64,000 nt of DNA from Vitrella brassicaformis CCMP3155. Taxonomy: Eukaryota > Protista > Chromerida. The translations under genes were made by a program, and so were the position numbers. This document shows positions 62,570 through 64,000 of the stretch, piece by piece. The stretch's first letter is position 1. The number at the start of each line of letters is the position of its first letter. The stretch covers positions 1-64,000 of the forward strand of contig CDMY01000484.1 in the NCBI GenBank assembly GCA_001179505.1, given 5' to 3'. The notes beneath the pieces were generated by a model. That model saw nothing but the letters and a program-made list of their open reading frames with translations. It had not been told where the DNA came from and did no database searches.

Positions 62570-64000
62570 TTATATATTTACGTAATTAAAAGGGAACCAT
62601 TCACCAATTACTTCATCAAAATACATTTTGTCAAATGGTGACTTTTTAAATGTTTTCTGTATGTCAGTATATAAAATAGTAAACGGATTGACACCACTTA
62701 AAATTTGATTTTTTGTTCTTCGTGTAGCAATTTTTGTAATTCTCTTATTAAGGTATATTTTTGTTCCTTCATTTTGGAAATACATATCAGATGTTATGTA
62801 ATATTCATCATCTTGTTTCACTTCTATATCACGAAGGTTTATTTTTGAAAAATACGTATCTCTAATACTTTGTTTCTTTCCTGTTTCATACCATTTTCCT
62901 TTTGCGTCTTTCTTTTTTTCAACATATTTTATTTCATCAAAAGTTTTATAACATTCACCTTTCCTTTTTATCGGAAATCCTTTAATTCGTTTCTTCCCGT
63001 TGTCATTAAAACAGATTTCATTATTCATATCTAAATATTCTACAACATAACATTTAGGGCTTTCAAATCGTGCCTTTAATATTAATGCTTCATTATCAAT
63101 ATCATTAGTTAACTCACCTAATTCTACATTCTGAACAATGCATTCAGCTAATTCCTTTCCCACTTCTTCTCTTTGCTTTGCTTTGTTAATTTCTATTTGC
63201 TCTTCTCTTTTATCCTCCTTAACTTTATTTCCATCCTCATCTCTATCATTAATGATTTCTTCTATTTTAAATTTGCCGGATGCTTTTATTTTTGCAAATG
63301 CTTCATAGGTGATATACAGACTATCGGTATCTGTGTAATGAAAAACAGGTTTTTGAAGTGTAGGGTCAATCATTTTCATAAATTGTAACATTATTCGTTT
63401 GGCGTAATCTAATATAAAAGTTCCAATGTATGATGGTTTTGTAATTTTTCTTTTCTTTTCCTTCTTCTGACCTACCACCATTAAATATCCATCTTCCGCC
63501 GTAAGATTATGACTTTGAAATCTATAGTCTCTCCGAAATTCAAGATATTGTCTGTATGAATGTATAATTATTGTTTCTTCCTGATGTGCATGTTGCAAAA
63601 ATTTTCCATATAAAGCATTCATTAACAATTTATACAACGACCTTTTCCCCTTATTTCCCTCCCTACCTGCTTGCTGTTTTTTCTCATATAAAGGTTTGAT
63701 GTAAGATAAAAAGATGTCAGCTTTTTTTTCCCAAATATGGCATTCTTCGCCTTCAACAGATTCAATTTTATAGCCAACGCTCAAAGCATCTTCAATCTGA
63801 ACATTTGTATAATATCCTTTTCCTTCATGTAAATCCCAAATTAATCCATTATTTTTCGTTTTCTTTGCTAATATAGGAACTCTTATATTTTGTGGCGGTG
63901 TGTATTTTATATAATATATTCCCAATTTTCCTTTGTCAAACTCTTGTTTTGGTTCAATAATTTACTGCGTGGACCAATTGGATATTCAAATTTTGACATA
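62570..64000 (-). CDS. polB: Protein-primed family B DNA polymerase (C-terminal part; 5' end outside window; frameshift near 63960)
   Basis: MSKFEYPIG (after motif A), KLLMNALYGKF (motif B), YTDTDS (motif C), LGEL..SPKCY. The YPIG segment is out of frame with IIEPKQEF..LGIYY. Confidence 0.9.

Larger units (their letters stand above)
47800..64000. mobile_element. Endogenous Polinton-like virus / Maverick (left part; continues beyond window)
   Basis: Abrupt switch to AT-rich, intronless, tightly packed ORFs carrying pPolB, rve integrase, A32-like ATPase, major capsid, minor capsid and fibre. Left boundary only bracketed to ~47.8-48.1 kb. Confidence 0.9.

Noticed and set aside
47800-64000. Bacterial or phage contamination
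   Set aside because: The pPolB + rve integrase + A32 ATPase + jelly-roll capsid set is Polinton-type, and the block contains a host-like insertion with a TSD.
1-64000. tRNA/rRNA genes
   Set aside because: None recognised by eye; a tRNAscan-SE/Infernal run would be needed to exclude them.

Overview
Eukaryotic genomic window: GC-rich, short GT-AG introns rich in (CA/GT)n, three 300-N gaps. The style suggests an alveolate/chromerid-like protist (inference only). It has two compartments. (1) 1 to ~47.7 kb is intron-rich host DNA dominated by glycan-building or glycan-modifying genes: an Ags-like alpha-glucan synthase (GH13 amylase + GT5 + membrane domain), a GT64-GT34 fusion glycosyltransferase, a degenerate GT69 gene, a secreted PKD/PA14/TIG/sugar-dehydrogenase-propeller protein, and three arylsulfotransferase copies (one pseudogene). 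It also holds a Tc1/mariner-type TIR element and several repeat arrays. (2) From ~47.8-48.1 kb to the window end lies an AT-rich, intronless, gene-dense endogenous Polinton-like (Maverick-type) virus with packaging ATPase, major and minor capsid proteins, an S74-chaperone fibre, LamG-like proteins, small membrane proteins, an rve integrase and a protein-primed PolB running off the window. The element is decaying: in-frame stops, homopolymer frameshifts, and a 264-bp host-like insertion with a 13-bp target-site duplication in the minor capsid gene. Family calls come from motif recognition by eye; no database searches were run.
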